Shown here piece by piece: positions 1-10,296 of a DNA stretch of 64,000 nucleotides. A program made the translations under genes and the position numbers. The notes beneath the pieces are model-generated. The model saw only the letters and a program-made list of their open reading frames with translations. It was not told the DNA's origin and ran no database searches. The stretch spans positions 62,001 to 126,000 of the IMG/VR virus record IMGVR_UViG_3300042922_000542; one strand, given 5' to 3'. Position 1 is the stretch's first letter. The number at the start of each line of letters is the position of its first letter.

Positions 1-3000
1 TCAATTAGTTGATCTCCGGCCGTTTGAACATCTGGCAATTTATCGATTGCTAAATTAATAGATTCAATAAGATTTGAAGTGATATTACTACTATATTTAG
101 CCAATATATAATTCCATCGTTCTTGGATATCATTAATCTTTGATATTACTTTAGATAATGCGAAGTTCTCAATTGGATTTGGGTTATTGGCTGATATTAC
201 TAAAGCATTTAATATTTCATATATAAATGAAACAGTTGGTATTATTATTCTATTTGCAACTATTGGTATATCAGTTACTGAATTTACGTTAACCGTTAAC
301 CCCATGCCAACATCCCCATTATCACGACTCATGTATGATTCTAATCTCGATGGATCATTAAATGATAATTGATAATAATTTATATGAGGTATAAGGCTTG
401 TAACAGTTCCGTTAGGTAGCGTTTCATTAACTTCAAATGTTCCTACATCTGGAATATTGATAATATCATTATTGTTATATGAAACTCCGCTCGACTGGAT
501 CGACAGATCATTTATACTATACATATTCATGTATGTCGGCCATTCGTTACAAGGTATATACGCTGTGTTTGCTAAATCGATATATGATATGCATGCATTT
601 ATTTTATCCTGTAATATTGTATCGGATGTTTCATAATTCTGAAGTATTATTTTTATTTTATTTAATAATACAACGGAATATATTTCTTGATCGTATTTAC
701 ATTGATCTAGTATATTAACGATATCGGTCGGTAAATTATTATCAAATGTATTTTTTAATGAATTTTCTAGTGTGAGAATATTAAATGTCAATGGAGGTCT
801 CTTAACAATTCGATTTGTCATGTCCGAATCATCCAATATTTTTGTCATATAGTCAAAATATGATGGTATCCATTGATTATATAGGTATATTTCGAAATTT
901 GATATTTTATCGTAACCATTCCATTTTAGTTTAATAATCTCTTTCATTTTATTCACTACATCATCAAATGGAAATCCAAAATCGTCACTTTTTAAATATG
1001 TCTCAAGACCCAATTTATAATATGGCTCCATTGTGTTAGTAAACAATTCATTGAATCTAACATATGATGGATTATCTGCAACGTATTCCATCATCTCCCA
1101 TTTACTACCAGTCAATAGCAATCCTTTATATATGGAATTCAATGCCATCCAATAGAAGCGTTCCATAAACACATTGTGATAAGCCCCTCTCATTTCTTCA
1201 TATCTATATAATACATCATCATATGAAGGGGTTAAGGGCATAATATCATTCGAGAGTTCTCTTGGATTAATCGTATCACTATAAAAAAAGAATGCCTTGT
1301 ATACACCATTTGGATTTATAGTTTCATTACTTAAGGGCTTGACAAAGTATACATCTGGAAAATGTTGGATAATTTCTCTTGCTTTTGGCCTCCATACCTG
1401 ATCTACGGTATCGTATTCGAAACACCAAAAGTTATTTACATCAACTGGGCGTTGAAAACGTACCTTTCCTTTATATTCATCAGGGTCACACCATAGGTAT
1501 TTCCTAGTAATAGATCTTATTATGTTGGCTATATAGAATTTTTCAGTTAAGCTAACACATTTTTGAATTATCGTATTGCATGTTGGATAAAAATCATATG
1601 GTATATATATTTCATTCCACCCAGCAGCTCGTATCATTTCTATTTCTTTAATAAATACATCCCATGCATCTTCCGTAACTTTATCACGTGGAGATAGACG
1701 TTTATCCAAAAATATACCTTGAGTATTATATAAATTTTCTCCATGATTTTTTAATAACTCAATCCATTGATTCCAATTTTCAGCATTCTTTAAATTGTCA
1801 TTTTTTATATAATGTTTGAAATTGCTTACTGTATTTGAAAATATCCCTATCGTAGATTTAAATGTATCTATTTCATCTCGAATAACATCATAGGGTTCAA
1901 TATGATTGGTATATGCATCAGATAATACTATAGGTCTTATTATATTCATCCATCCATCATAATTTTTTTGAGTACTAGGATTTTCATCGATGTATATCTG
2001 ACGAACATTTTCTTCCTTTATTGATGAAGCTTCATCGATTTCACCTTTAACACGTTTAGGTATACTTTGTTGTAAAATGTCAATAGGTCGCAATCTTGGT
2101 AAATATGGTCTAAATATAATATCAGTTACTAAAAACTTAGGGTATTCCTGCATAAATTTTGGTACAAATATACTCAACCATAAATATTGAGACTTCTCAG
2201 AATTAATGTATTCAACATTATTTTGACTAATCTTAGAGAAATCCAATGATGAACTATTTGGGTCTAATGATAAAAATTCAAGATTATCTCCAAGAACATC
2301 AACTCGAGTATTCCCATCAGTACGAATCGATGGATCCGATATTTTATTAATTGATAATATAACCCTCTGATTATTCTTAATTTTTAAATCCCCTATATGA
2401 GAATATGGAATTTGCCAAGACCATTGATTATATAATAATTCTTTACTGATCAATACACGTTTCTGAAAATTAGTATCAAATTTATAAATATATACAGGAT
2501 AATTATTATTTGACCATACGCTATTATAATCAAATCTAATAATAACCTCCTGTTCCTGAATATATATCTCATATTCAGAATAGACCTTTTGATTAATAAA
2601 TACAAGAATATGCCATTTAAAAATATTCCAATTATTGAGTATATCTTCAACTTTTATCCATTTATTATAAAATTGAGATAGTTTGAATTTATCTCTTTCG
2701 CCGGAATATATAAATAGGTCCCAAGGCAATCTAAATTCACATTTAGTTGAATTTGGTATTAATGTCATATGTGACATATATCCTTCCCATTTATAGAAGT
2801 GAACATTATCGTTATTATTAGCCATTAATTTATAATATGAATTGTTGTATATATCATCTAAGGTTTTTCTAATATTATTTTCATTAAATGAGTTATTAAT
2901 AACAGCGCTGTCATGTATTATTGATGATCTAGATTTATTATTTTTCGGGATTTGAAATCCTAGTCTTTTAATGTCATCTATGTTATCTAATTCTTCACCG

Positions 3001-3059
3001 ACGCTTATATAATTATCAAAAGCGTTATCATACCATTTCGGTTTATTTATATTATTCAT
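1..3059 (-). CDS. Large hypothetical protein, probably virion structural (partial, runs off the left edge)
   Basis: Translated by hand: ATG at 3059 (MNNINKPKWYDNAF...) after SD AGAAAGGGG. It stays open for 1019 codons with no stop to position 3. Absent from the ORF track because it has no stop codon in the window. Structural role inferred only from size and position next to the tail fibre. Confidence 0.85.
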   Translation of the reverse strand, partial: MNNINKPKWYDNAFDNYISVGEELDNIDDIKRLGFQIPKNNKSRSSIIHDSAVINNSFNENNIRKTLDDIYNNSYYKLMANNNDNVHFYKWEGYMSHMTLIPNSTKCEFRLPWDLFIYSGERDKFKLSQFYNKWIKVEDILNNWNIFKWHILVFINQKVYSEYEIYIQEQEVIIRFDYNSVWSNNNYPVYIYKFDTNFQKRVLISKELLYNQWSWQIPYSHIGDLKIKNNQRVILSINKISDPSIRTDGNTRVDVLGDNLEFLSLDPNSSSLDFSKISQNNVEYINSEKSQYLWLSIFVPKFMQEYPKFLVTDIIFRPYLPRLRPIDILQQSIPKRVKGEIDEASSIKEENVRQIYIDENPSTQKNYDGWMNIIRPIVLSDAYTNHIEPYDVIRDEIDTFKSTIGIFSNTVSNFKHYIKNDNLKNAENWNQWIELLKNHGENLYNTQGIFLDKRLSPRDKVTEDAWDVFIKEIEMIRAAGWNEIYIPYDFYPTCNTIIQKCVSLTEKFYIANIIRSITRKYLWCDPDEYKGKVRFQRPVDVNNFWCFEYDTVDQVWRPKAREIIQHFPDVYFVKPLSNETINPNGVYKAFFFYSDTINPRELSNDIMPLTPSYDDVLYRYEEMRGAYHNVFMERFYWMALNSIYKGLLLTGSKWEMMEYVADNPSYVRFNELFTNTMEPYYKLGLETYLKSDDFGFPFDDVVNKMKEIIKLKWNGYDKISNFEIYLYNQWIPSYFDYMTKILDDSDMTNRIVKRPPLTFNILTLENSLKNTFDNNLPTDIVNILDQCKYDQEIYSVVLLNKIKIILQNYETSDTILQDKINACISYIDLANTAYIPCNEWPTYMNMYSINDLSIQSSGVSYNNNDIINIPDVGTFEVNETLPNGTVTSLIPHINYYQLSFNDPSRLESYMSRDNGDVGMGLTVNVNSVTDIPIVANRIIIPTVSFIYEILNALVISANNPNPIENFALSKVISKINDIQERWNYILAKYSSNITSNLIESINLAIDKLPDVQTAGDQLI

Positions 3060-3192
3060 CGCTAAATAAATCCCCTTTCTGTATTTTGTAATTCAAATCA
3101 TTAATGTTGGGTTCCGATTAAAAACTTAACACCCTTTTAATACAAATGTATACAAATCCTATAAAAATATATCTAAGGAGGATGATTAAATC

Positions 3193-5748
3193 ATGGGGAG
3201 GCAGATAGATACAGTAGTTAAGCCAATTCGTTCTTATTATAATGAGAGCGATAGAGAAAATTCTGATTATGACCAAGTACTGCCAATAACATCATTTGAT
3301 GCAGTGCTAGAAACAGGTGATCCAGAGTCTATGAATTTAACAACATTAAAACAAAATATAGAACATAGACTAAGTTCTCTTGATACAGGTAAACAGAATA
3401 TTATTCAAGCTGGGAATAGTGGTAATATCGCAATATTCACTGGACAAGAAGGGGTATTAAGTGAATTGCTTAAAATAGATAATATTACGACAGAGCCTTT
3501 ATCCGCTTCATCTAACAAAATTATTACGGAGAAGGCAATTGTAAATTACTATCAAGACGTAATACAGCCCGAAATAGGAAACGCTGGGGGTTTGGGCGAA
3601 AAGGTCGAGAGTTTAGAAATAGATCGTACTATAATGCAAGGTGAGCTTGATAACATAGATACTCAGTTATCAACAGTCACTAGCGATTTATTATTGAAAG
3701 CAAGTATATCTGAACTAGATGATGTACGTGTATTAGCTCAAGGTAAAGCTGATGTAACTGAGATCAATGCTATTAAAGCTGATGTAAATCAAACAAAGAT
3801 TGACATACAGGACAGAATTATTAAAAATATACCAATTTTACCAGGTACATATACTAAAGTTATAGTTGATGAGAAGGGACTTATAACATCAGGGAGTAAT
3901 ATTACATTAAATGAATTACCGGATTTTCCTATCTCTAAAATAACGGATTTGGATAATGCTATTAGCGCTAAAGCTAATGTTGAAGATTTAAATTCGTTAC
4001 AAACTGCAGTTAATGGTAAACTTTCAGGTAATAATGCTATAGCCCCAGGTACTGCTACTAAAGTTACATATGATGCTAAAGGTTTAATAACTAATAGCGA
4101 TATATTGACTGAAATAGACTTACCTGCAATTAGTATTGATAAAATTACCGGGTTGAGGGATGCATTGGATGCAGCTGGATCTGAATCATCAATTGAAGAT
4201 ATCCGAACTCAATTAAATAATAAATTAGATAAAAATTTATCTATTGTTGCGGGTACTGCAACTAAGATTACTTATGATGTCAATGGTTTAATAACATCTG
4301 GATCCAACATAACCGCTGCGGACATACCTGTTATTCCTATTTCAAAGGTGGCCGGGTTGGATGATAATTTAATTAGTATAAACAATACCTCGGCCGATCT
4401 GCAAATTCAATTAAATAATAGAGTTATTAAAAATGAGGATATTGTTGCTGCTACCGCTACTAAAGTTACATATGATGCTAAAGGTTTAATTACAGGAAGT
4501 CAATCATTAATTGAATCGGATATACCTGAAATACCTACTTCAAAAGTAACTGGATTAGATGCAGCATTGGCTAATATTGGTGATATTCCGGCAGATATTG
4601 AAACTCAATTAAATAATAAATTAGATAAGAATATCGATGTAGTCGCTGGTACATTTACTAAAATTACCTTTGATATTAAAGGTCTAATAACATCCGGATC
4701 TAATTTAATAGAAGCAGATATACCTGAATTGGGGATTGATAAAATAACAAATCTTCAGGCAACGATTAATGATAAACTATCAAAAAATATCGACATTATT
4801 GCAGGTGTCGGTACAAAAATATCTTACGATACTAAAGGCCTTGTTATAGGTGCTGAAAATCTAACTGCAAATGATATACCTGAAATACCTACTTCAAAAG
4901 TAACTGGATTAGATGAAGCTTTAGCTAATATAGATATACCTGCTGATTTAGAAGCTACATTAAATGCTAAATTGGATAAGAATATTGATATTGTTGCCGG
5001 CACATATCCTAAAATTACTTACGATACTAAGGGATTGATAACAGGCGGCCAAATATTAGTTGAAGCTGATATTCCCACATTACCTACATCAAAAATAATC
5101 GGTCTGGACGATGCATTAGCTAATATAGATATACCTGCTGACTTACAAGCTACATTAAATGCTAAACTAGATAAGAATATTGATATTGTTGCGGGTACTG
5201 CTACTAAAATCACATATGACGTTAAAGGATTAATAATATCCGGTGAAACGTTAGTAGCATCAGATATACCTGAATTGGGGATTGATAAAATAACAAATCT
5301 TCAGGCAACAATTGACGGTAAACTATCAAAAAATATTGCAATAACAGCAGGTACAGCTACTAAAATTACCTATGATGTAAATGGTTTAATAACTGCAAGT
5401 GATATATTAACCGCTGCAGATATACCTGAAATACCTACTTCAAAAATAATCGGTCTGGACGATGCATTAGCTAATATAGATATACCTGCTGATTTACAAA
5501 ATCAATTAGATAGTAAAGTTACTAAGAATGCTGACATCGTAGGTGGGACATTTGCTAAAATCACATACGATGATAAAGGATTAGTTACCAGCGGTCAAGT
5601 TCTGACTGAATCAGATATACCTGAAATAGGAATTGCTAAGGTTACTAATCTTCAAACATCTCTTGATGGTAAAGCTACAGTAGTTGCATCAACCACAGCA
5701 CCAGTAGAAACACTAGCTTCAAATATATTATATTGTGTATATGAGTAG
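3193..5748 (+). CDS. Tail fibre protein built from 10 tandem 52-68 aa repeats
   Basis: Repeat consensus N-x-x-I-x-AGT-x-TKITYD-x-KGLIT...DIPE...KI-x-GL-x-x-AL occurs 10 times, typical of phage tail-fibre shaft repeats. SD AAGGAGGA. Followed by XkdW/XkdX-like small genes. Confidence 0.85.
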   Translation: MGRQIDTVVKPIRSYYNESDRENSDYDQVLPITSFDAVLETGDPESMNLTTLKQNIEHRLSSLDTGKQNIIQAGNSGNIAIFTGQEGVLSELLKIDNITTEPLSASSNKIITEKAIVNYYQDVIQPEIGNAGGLGEKVESLEIDRTIMQGELDNIDTQLSTVTSDLLLKASISELDDVRVLAQGKADVTEINAIKADVNQTKIDIQDRIIKNIPILPGTYTKVIVDEKGLITSGSNITLNELPDFPISKITDLDNAISAKANVEDLNSLQTAVNGKLSGNNAIAPGTATKVTYDAKGLITNSDILTEIDLPAISIDKITGLRDALDAAGSESSIEDIRTQLNNKLDKNLSIVAGTATKITYDVNGLITSGSNITAADIPVIPISKVAGLDDNLISINNTSADLQIQLNNRVIKNEDIVAATATKVTYDAKGLITGSQSLIESDIPEIPTSKVTGLDAALANIGDIPADIETQLNNKLDKNIDVVAGTFTKITFDIKGLITSGSNLIEADIPELGIDKITNLQATINDKLSKNIDIIAGVGTKISYDTKGLVIGAENLTANDIPEIPTSKVTGLDEALANIDIPADLEATLNAKLDKNIDIVAGTYPKITYDTKGLITGGQILVEADIPTLPTSKIIGLDDALANIDIPADLQATLNAKLDKNIDIVAGTATKITYDVKGLIISGETLVASDIPELGIDKITNLQATIDGKLSKNIAITAGTATKITYDVNGLITASDILTAADIPEIPTSKIIGLDDALANIDIPADLQNQLDSKVTKNADIVGGTFAKITYDDKGLVTSGQVLTESDIPEIGIAKVTNLQTSLDGKATVVASTTAPVETLASNILYCVYE

Positions 5749-5807
5749 TAGCGATTTATGCTATATTAAATATAACATAAATAATAAAAAATTATAAAAG
5801 GAGACAT

Positions 5808-6239
5808 TTGAATATGCAAAAAATAAAATTATCCAATGGCTTGTTTATTGAAAATATACAACAAATAAATGACTATGAGGAAAAAGATGTCACAAATCAA
5901 GATTCTAGAAAAGTGTTGAACATAGTAGTACTCAATACCAACTACGATACTGTATATAATACTTTCTCAAATCCAAATAATTTAGCTGAAATTGAAATTC
6001 ATGGTTTAAAGGATGTCGTAATAGGAACTGACCCTGTAACCGGCGACCCTATAACTGAACAGCAATATGTAAAAGAAGGTTTGCAGCTTGGATATACAAT
6101 ACTAAATAAAATTTCATCTAATTTGCAAACAAATACATTTACAGTACAATTGCATAGAAAATCACAAATTGAACAGCAGTTATTAGATACCCAATTGGCA
6201 TTGGCTGAACTTGGAACACTAATAGGAGGTATGGTTTAA
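5808..6239 (+). CDS. XkdW-like tail-fibre-associated protein
   Basis: C-terminus QQLLDTQLALAELGTLIGGMV and position between the fibre gene and a CD1375/XkdX-like peptide, as in Firmicutes phage tail modules. Confidence 0.55.
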   Translation: MNMQKIKLSNGLFIENIQQINDYEEKDVTNQDSRKVLNIVVLNTNYDTVYNTFSNPNNLAEIEIHGLKDVVIGTDPVTGDPITEQQYVKEGLQLGYTILNKISSNLQTNTFTVQLHRKSQIEQQLLDTQLALAELGTLIGGMV

Positions 6240-6346
6240 TGGCTAAGATATATGCGAATTTAATAAGACAAGATGTATGGACTATGGAGCAGGTACCTGA
6301 TAAATGGAAAGCTGCAACACAAGCTGAATTAGATAAAGACAATTAA
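6239..6346 (+). CDS. CD1375/XkdX-like small phage protein (35 aa)
   Basis: MAKIYANLIRQDVWTMEQVPDKWKAATQAELDKDN*. TAATG stop/start overlap with the upstream gene and SD AGGAGGT. Below the ORF track size cut-off. Confidence 0.75.
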   Translation: MAKIYANLIRQDVWTMEQVPDKWKAATQAELDKDN

Positions 6347-6350
6347 AAAA

Positions 6351-6376
6351 ATAAGCAGGGTTAATTCCCTGCTTAT
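6351..6376. terminator. Bidirectional intrinsic terminator
   Basis: ATAAGCAGGG-TTAATT-CCCTGCTTAT with an A-run before and a T-run after, between convergent genes. Confidence 0.85.
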
Positions 6377-6378
6377 TT

Positions 6379-7662
6379 TTATTTTACATATTTTTTCATG
6401 AAATCTTCAAATGATAATTTTAGGAATATTACATCAGTTTGTAATTCTCCAACCTTAATGATATCAGATTTTAATTCGATATCTTTAGGAATTAATTTAC
6501 CATAGAAGTCGTATGTGAATTTTCTAAATACTTCAGCGTTAACTGGTTTTATTTCTAACATTAAATCAACACGTCCTGGACGGAAGAATGTGGGTGAAAA
6601 TCGTTCTATATGATTGGTTGTCATAATTATTATTCTATCTTCTCCACTCATTAATCCATCTAATGCATTCAGCATATGGGCAAACGCTAAATTTTCTTCA
6701 CCTGTAATTTTCTTATCGGGAGCTGTTTCATCATCCTTTTCTTTTTCTGGAACAAATTCATTTATCAGAAATGGATATTTATCAATATCCGATATTAAGA
6801 ATAATGGGTTATTAACTGGATGTGCTGTAATTGCATCAGGTATAAATCTACCATTTTTCCCACCAGTTACATAGTATATGTTTCTGTACCATTCTGATGC
6901 AATAGCCCTTGCTATAGTATCTTTACCAGTAGATGGCATCCCATATAATAATATTTTTAAATTATGCGTAATTCCATGCTGTTTATAATATTCTTTATTA
7001 GCGAAAAACTGATTGACTGCGGTAACGATTGTTGTCTTAGTTTCCGTATCTAAATATACAGTATTCAATCGACGTTTTTGTATTGGTGCCAGCTTATCCC
7101 AATATGTGTAACCATCTGATTCATGAGCATCTTTGTATACATTAACAATCGTTGAATTAGATCGTATCTTTAATAATGAATCTCTATGACTGAGCATATC
7201 GCTTTCAAAATCAGTAACAAATGAATTACTCATTGAAAATGTTCCAACCGTATATTCGCGATTAATTAAACGCGACATACCACCATTTAGATTTGTAAAA
7301 TTATTAGTTTTTATAGTTAAGACGATCTCATAATTACGATAGTTCAAGATATGTGAACCATCGCCAAGTTGAAAATATTCACCAGCTTCAGAATCTCTAC
7401 GGGATGCTTTTAAATTGAGAGATGATTTCTTTTTGATGTCATTGTACTTATACAATATTCCGTATAGTGCTTGTTCCATCCATTCATCATAAAAACCATT
7501 TACTGTAAAAGAGATCATTCTGAAAAATCTATCTTGAATTTTTTTAACAACAAAATTTCCAACGGTAGTTGAAACCGCTAGTACATTTGATTCAACTAAT
7601 TCAACTGTTGGTTTGATAAATAACTTTTGCGCTTCTTCCTTTATAAGTCTTTGTAATGTCAT
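6379..7662 (-). CDS. BCS1-like AAA+ ATPase
   Basis: KRRLNTVYL...FFANKEYYKQHGI...ILLYGMPSTGK (Walker A), FLISDID (Walker B), LNALDGLMSGEDRIIIMTTNH and FRPGRVD (SRH/Arg finger). This matches the BCS1 clade motif order. Confidence 0.8.
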   Translation of the reverse strand: MTLQRLIKEEAQKLFIKPTVELVESNVLAVSTTVGNFVVKKIQDRFFRMISFTVNGFYDEWMEQALYGILYKYNDIKKKSSLNLKASRRDSEAGEYFQLGDGSHILNYRNYEIVLTIKTNNFTNLNGGMSRLINREYTVGTFSMSNSFVTDFESDMLSHRDSLLKIRSNSTIVNVYKDAHESDGYTYWDKLAPIQKRRLNTVYLDTETKTTIVTAVNQFFANKEYYKQHGITHNLKILLYGMPSTGKDTIARAIASEWYRNIYYVTGGKNGRFIPDAITAHPVNNPLFLISDIDKYPFLINEFVPEKEKDDETAPDKKITGEENLAFAHMLNALDGLMSGEDRIIIMTTNHIERFSPTFFRPGRVDLMLEIKPVNAEVFRKFTYDFYGKLIPKDIELKSDIIKVGELQTDVIFLKLSFEDFMKKYVK

Positions 7663-7689
7663 TTTTATAATCCACCTCTGTTTTTTAAT

Positions 7690-7725
7690 ATATGACGATG
7701 GGGATTTAGTTCCCCATCGTCATAT
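7690..7725. other. 15-bp perfect hairpin between the tubulin and AAA genes
   Basis: ATATGACGATGGGGA-TTTAGT-TCCCCATCGTCATAT. There is no U-tract in the minus (sense) direction, so it may stabilise or process the RNA rather than terminate it. Confidence 0.6.
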
Positions 7726-7734
7726 TGTATTTTT

Positions 7735-8889
7735 TTAGAATTTTGAAAATATGTCATTAATCTTAACTTCAGATTTCTGTTTCTTTTCGTCAATGCGTTC
7801 AACGCCAACCATTTTAGAAACTGCTAATGTCGCAGCATCTTCTAATTGTTTATTAGATGTTAATGCGATTCTTAATTTTTCTAAACGTTCATTCATTTTG
7901 GTTATTCTATCTATTATAGGTGATAACCCGCTTGCAATGAAATATAAATAATTCATGCTCTCATCATTTTTGTTTATAGCATTATGATTGAATCTTTCGG
8001 CTTGTGGCACACCTAAGAAGTCTTGAACTTTCTGCAAATCAGATTTATATAAATCTTGAACTTCTTCAGTGAAATAAGTTATTACACCGTAACGTACAAC
8101 ATTTTTATCACGGTTAGTTTCCGCATGCTTAGAAGTCTTTAATGCTTTAATTATAAGATCATCCGCAGTCGTATCTTCCATAGTCTTTTCAGTGAGACCT
8201 TTATTAATCCTAAGTACGATTAAACGTCCAGGGGTAGCAACTATACTCTCCATATCAGCAACGTCTATACTTTCATAAGGTGTAGGATGATTATCAATAC
8301 CTGATATTACACGAATATCTTCTACGATTGATTCATTCACTTCAGTTAACGATTTAGTTGAAGATAGATCAGATGTCGTTTCATTATCATATAGCATGTA
8401 CGTCGTATTACTTGCCAGATTCGTGTATACCTCTTTAAGAAACTCCAATGCATTTTCAGTCTCACCTCTAGATGATTGTAATTGAGGTAGTACTGCAACT
8501 AATATAAAATTTACATCTGGAAACATTTCTTTTAGTACATTTACAAATACAGGTGCCGCACCAGATCCAGTACCCCCAGCTGTAGATGCTGCTACGAATA
8601 CATATTTCTTTTCATTAACAATTGACTGAAATTCGGTATTTCTTAGAATATCGGCTATATCTTGTTTGAAGTATCTTTTCATTCTCTTACGATTTTTACC
8701 ACTACCTTCTAATTCATTCTCCCCTATTTTAAATTTCAATCTAGAATCTCCCACCATTGATAAATCGGCTTCAGATGTATTTATATAAATACAATCAAAC
8801 AATTCTGGATGTTTACGTTCTGCTAGGTATGCAATTTGTCCCCCGCAGTTCCCAATACCGATTATACCAATTTTGCTGTAAAGTTCCAT
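7735..8889 (-). CDS. Tubulin/FtsZ-family GTPase (PhuZ/TubZ-like)
   Basis: IGIIGIGNCGGQI (T1), INTSEAD, GSGKN, STAGGTGSGA (tubulin signature), YMLYDNE, IDVADM (T7 region). Confidence 0.9.
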   Translation of the reverse strand: MELYSKIGIIGIGNCGGQIAYLAERKHPELFDCIYINTSEADLSMVGDSRLKFKIGENELEGSGKNRKRMKRYFKQDIADILRNTEFQSIVNEKKYVFVAASTAGGTGSGAAPVFVNVLKEMFPDVNFILVAVLPQLQSSRGETENALEFLKEVYTNLASNTTYMLYDNETTSDLSSTKSLTEVNESIVEDIRVISGIDNHPTPYESIDVADMESIVATPGRLIVLRINKGLTEKTMEDTTADDLIIKALKTSKHAETNRDKNVVRYGVITYFTEEVQDLYKSDLQKVQDFLGVPQAERFNHNAINKNDESMNYLYFIASGLSPIIDRITKMNERLEKLRIALTSNKQLEDAATLAVSKMVGVERIDEKKQKSEVKINDIFSKF

Positions 8890-8990
8890 AAATACTTCCT
8901 CCTATTAAATTAATTAAATTATTTTAAAAATGATATCACTTTTTAAGATTTTTTAATAGAAATCTTCTTTTCTAATATCGTATTATATAA

Positions 8991-9001
8991 ATAATATATA
9001 A
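8991..9001 (-). promoter_or_regulatory. TTATATATTAT promoter-like motif upstream of tubulin
   Basis: Exact motif copy on the minus strand, about 100 nt before the 8889 start. Confidence 0.45.
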
Positions 9002-9032
9002 TTATAATGTAATAGTGATTTTGTATATTTAG

Positions 9033-9043
9033 TTATATATTAT
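9033..9043 (+). promoter_or_regulatory. TTATATATTAT promoter-like motif
   Basis: Exact copy 37 nt before the primase ATG (9080). Confidence 0.6.
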
Positions 9044-9079
9044 TAAGATATAATAAAAATTGAATTGGAGTGGTTTTGT

Positions 9080-10066
9080 ATGTCAGACATAATTCAAGTT
9101 AAATATAAAATAATGGATAAACTAAGTGAACTACCAGTTTTTCGTAAAATTTCGAATACACAATATCGTATTAGATGCCCAATATGTGGTGATAGTCAGA
9201 AAAATTTAAACGAAGCCCATATGTATTTAAAATGTATATTAGATGATGATTCACCTATACTCTATAATTGTTTTAAGGGTAATTGTAATGCTCATGGTAA
9301 GATTGATAGTAAATTCCTCAAATTATTAAACATATCTATACCAGAGATGAATATTATTGATAATCGTCTATTTAAAAGAATTCCATCAGTTAAAGATACT
9401 GATATCAATATTTTGAGCGGATCAATTGATATTAATTCAGATCAAGTTGGATATATTGAATATCGATTAGGGAAAGGATTGGCATATGACGATTATGATA
9501 AATTCAAAATTGTTTGGGATATGAATGAGTTGCGAAACTTCATCCCTAATAATAGAATTAAAAATATTCTACCAAACAATAGAGATTCGATATCATTTTT
9601 ATCAGATGATAAGTCTACGCTGTTAACAAGATTTTTTAATAATGATGATTCGCCTGATCGATGGAAAAAGATTAAATTATTTAACACTGATAATAAATCA
9701 TTCTATACAATAAAGAATGTATTAGATTTATTCACGCCCGATCGTATCGTTATTAATATAGCTGAAGGAGTATTTGATATACTTTCAGCATATAAGCATT
9801 TTAATACAGGAGATAATTCAGCGTATATATCTTGCTTGGGTGCTGATTATGAAAGTGCTCTATCGTATGCAATTACTAAAGGATTGATCGGTAGTAATGT
9901 AAGTGTAAATGTATATATTGATTCCGATATAGATGAAAAGCTATTACAACGTAATTTAAAAAAATATAAATGGTTATTTAATTCAATTTCAATATTGAGA
10001 AATGTGATTGAAAAAGATATCGGATTTAGTGAAGATAAAATTCAACTTAAAAAATATGAATTATAG
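9080..10066 (+). CDS. DNA primase (Zn finger + TOPRIM), T4 gp61/DnaG-like
   Basis: RCPICGDS...LYNCFKGNC zinc finger; IAEGVFD and YIDSD TOPRIM acidic motifs. The ATG at 9080 follows SD GGAGTGG (the track uses TTG 9065). Confidence 0.85.
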   Translation: MSDIIQVKYKIMDKLSELPVFRKISNTQYRIRCPICGDSQKNLNEAHMYLKCILDDDSPILYNCFKGNCNAHGKIDSKFLKLLNISIPEMNIIDNRLFKRIPSVKDTDINILSGSIDINSDQVGYIEYRLGKGLAYDDYDKFKIVWDMNELRNFIPNNRIKNILPNNRDSISFLSDDKSTLLTRFFNNDDSPDRWKKIKLFNTDNKSFYTIKNVLDLFTPDRIVINIAEGVFDILSAYKHFNTGDNSAYISCLGADYESALSYAITKGLIGSNVSVNVYIDSDIDEKLLQRNLKKYKWLFNSISILRNVIEKDIGFSEDKIQLKKYEL

Positions 10067-10083
10067 AATGGAGCGATATTTAT

Positions 10084-10296
10084 ATGATAAAAAATATAGT
10101 AGTTAAAGAGGATACACATCCTGAATTGTATGATAATAAATTGGGTTTGGGTCTTGATATTACAGGCGATATGGTCACGGTTGATACTGATAAAGGATTG
10201 ATATGCAGATATCCGATTACTATGAACTGTATTATTAGTTTATCAGATAATCCGAATTTGCAATATTTATTCGACGAAGTGGAGGCGCATGCTTAA
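10084..10296 (+). CDS. Hypothetical protein
   Basis: SD GGAGCG; operonic between the primase and the FEN-like gene. Confidence 0.7.
   Translation: MIKNIVVKEDTHPELYDNKLGLGLDITGDMVTVDTDKGLICRYPITMNCIISLSDNPNLQYLFDEVEAHA

Noticed and set aside
187-2650. Track ORFs 187..372, 479..718 and 2450..2650
   Set aside because: They are shadows of the 1019-codon minus-strand ORF and lack SDs.
3128-3139. AR9-type late promoter AACA-N6-TA upstream of the tail fibre
   Set aside because: One exact match only. It was not found before the other structural genes checked and is expected by chance in AT-rich DNA.
4500-5500. Near-identical nucleotide blocks in the tail fibre as DGR template/variable repeats
   Set aside because: They follow the protein repeat period, show no adenine-specific mismatch pattern by eye, and no reverse transcriptase is in the window.
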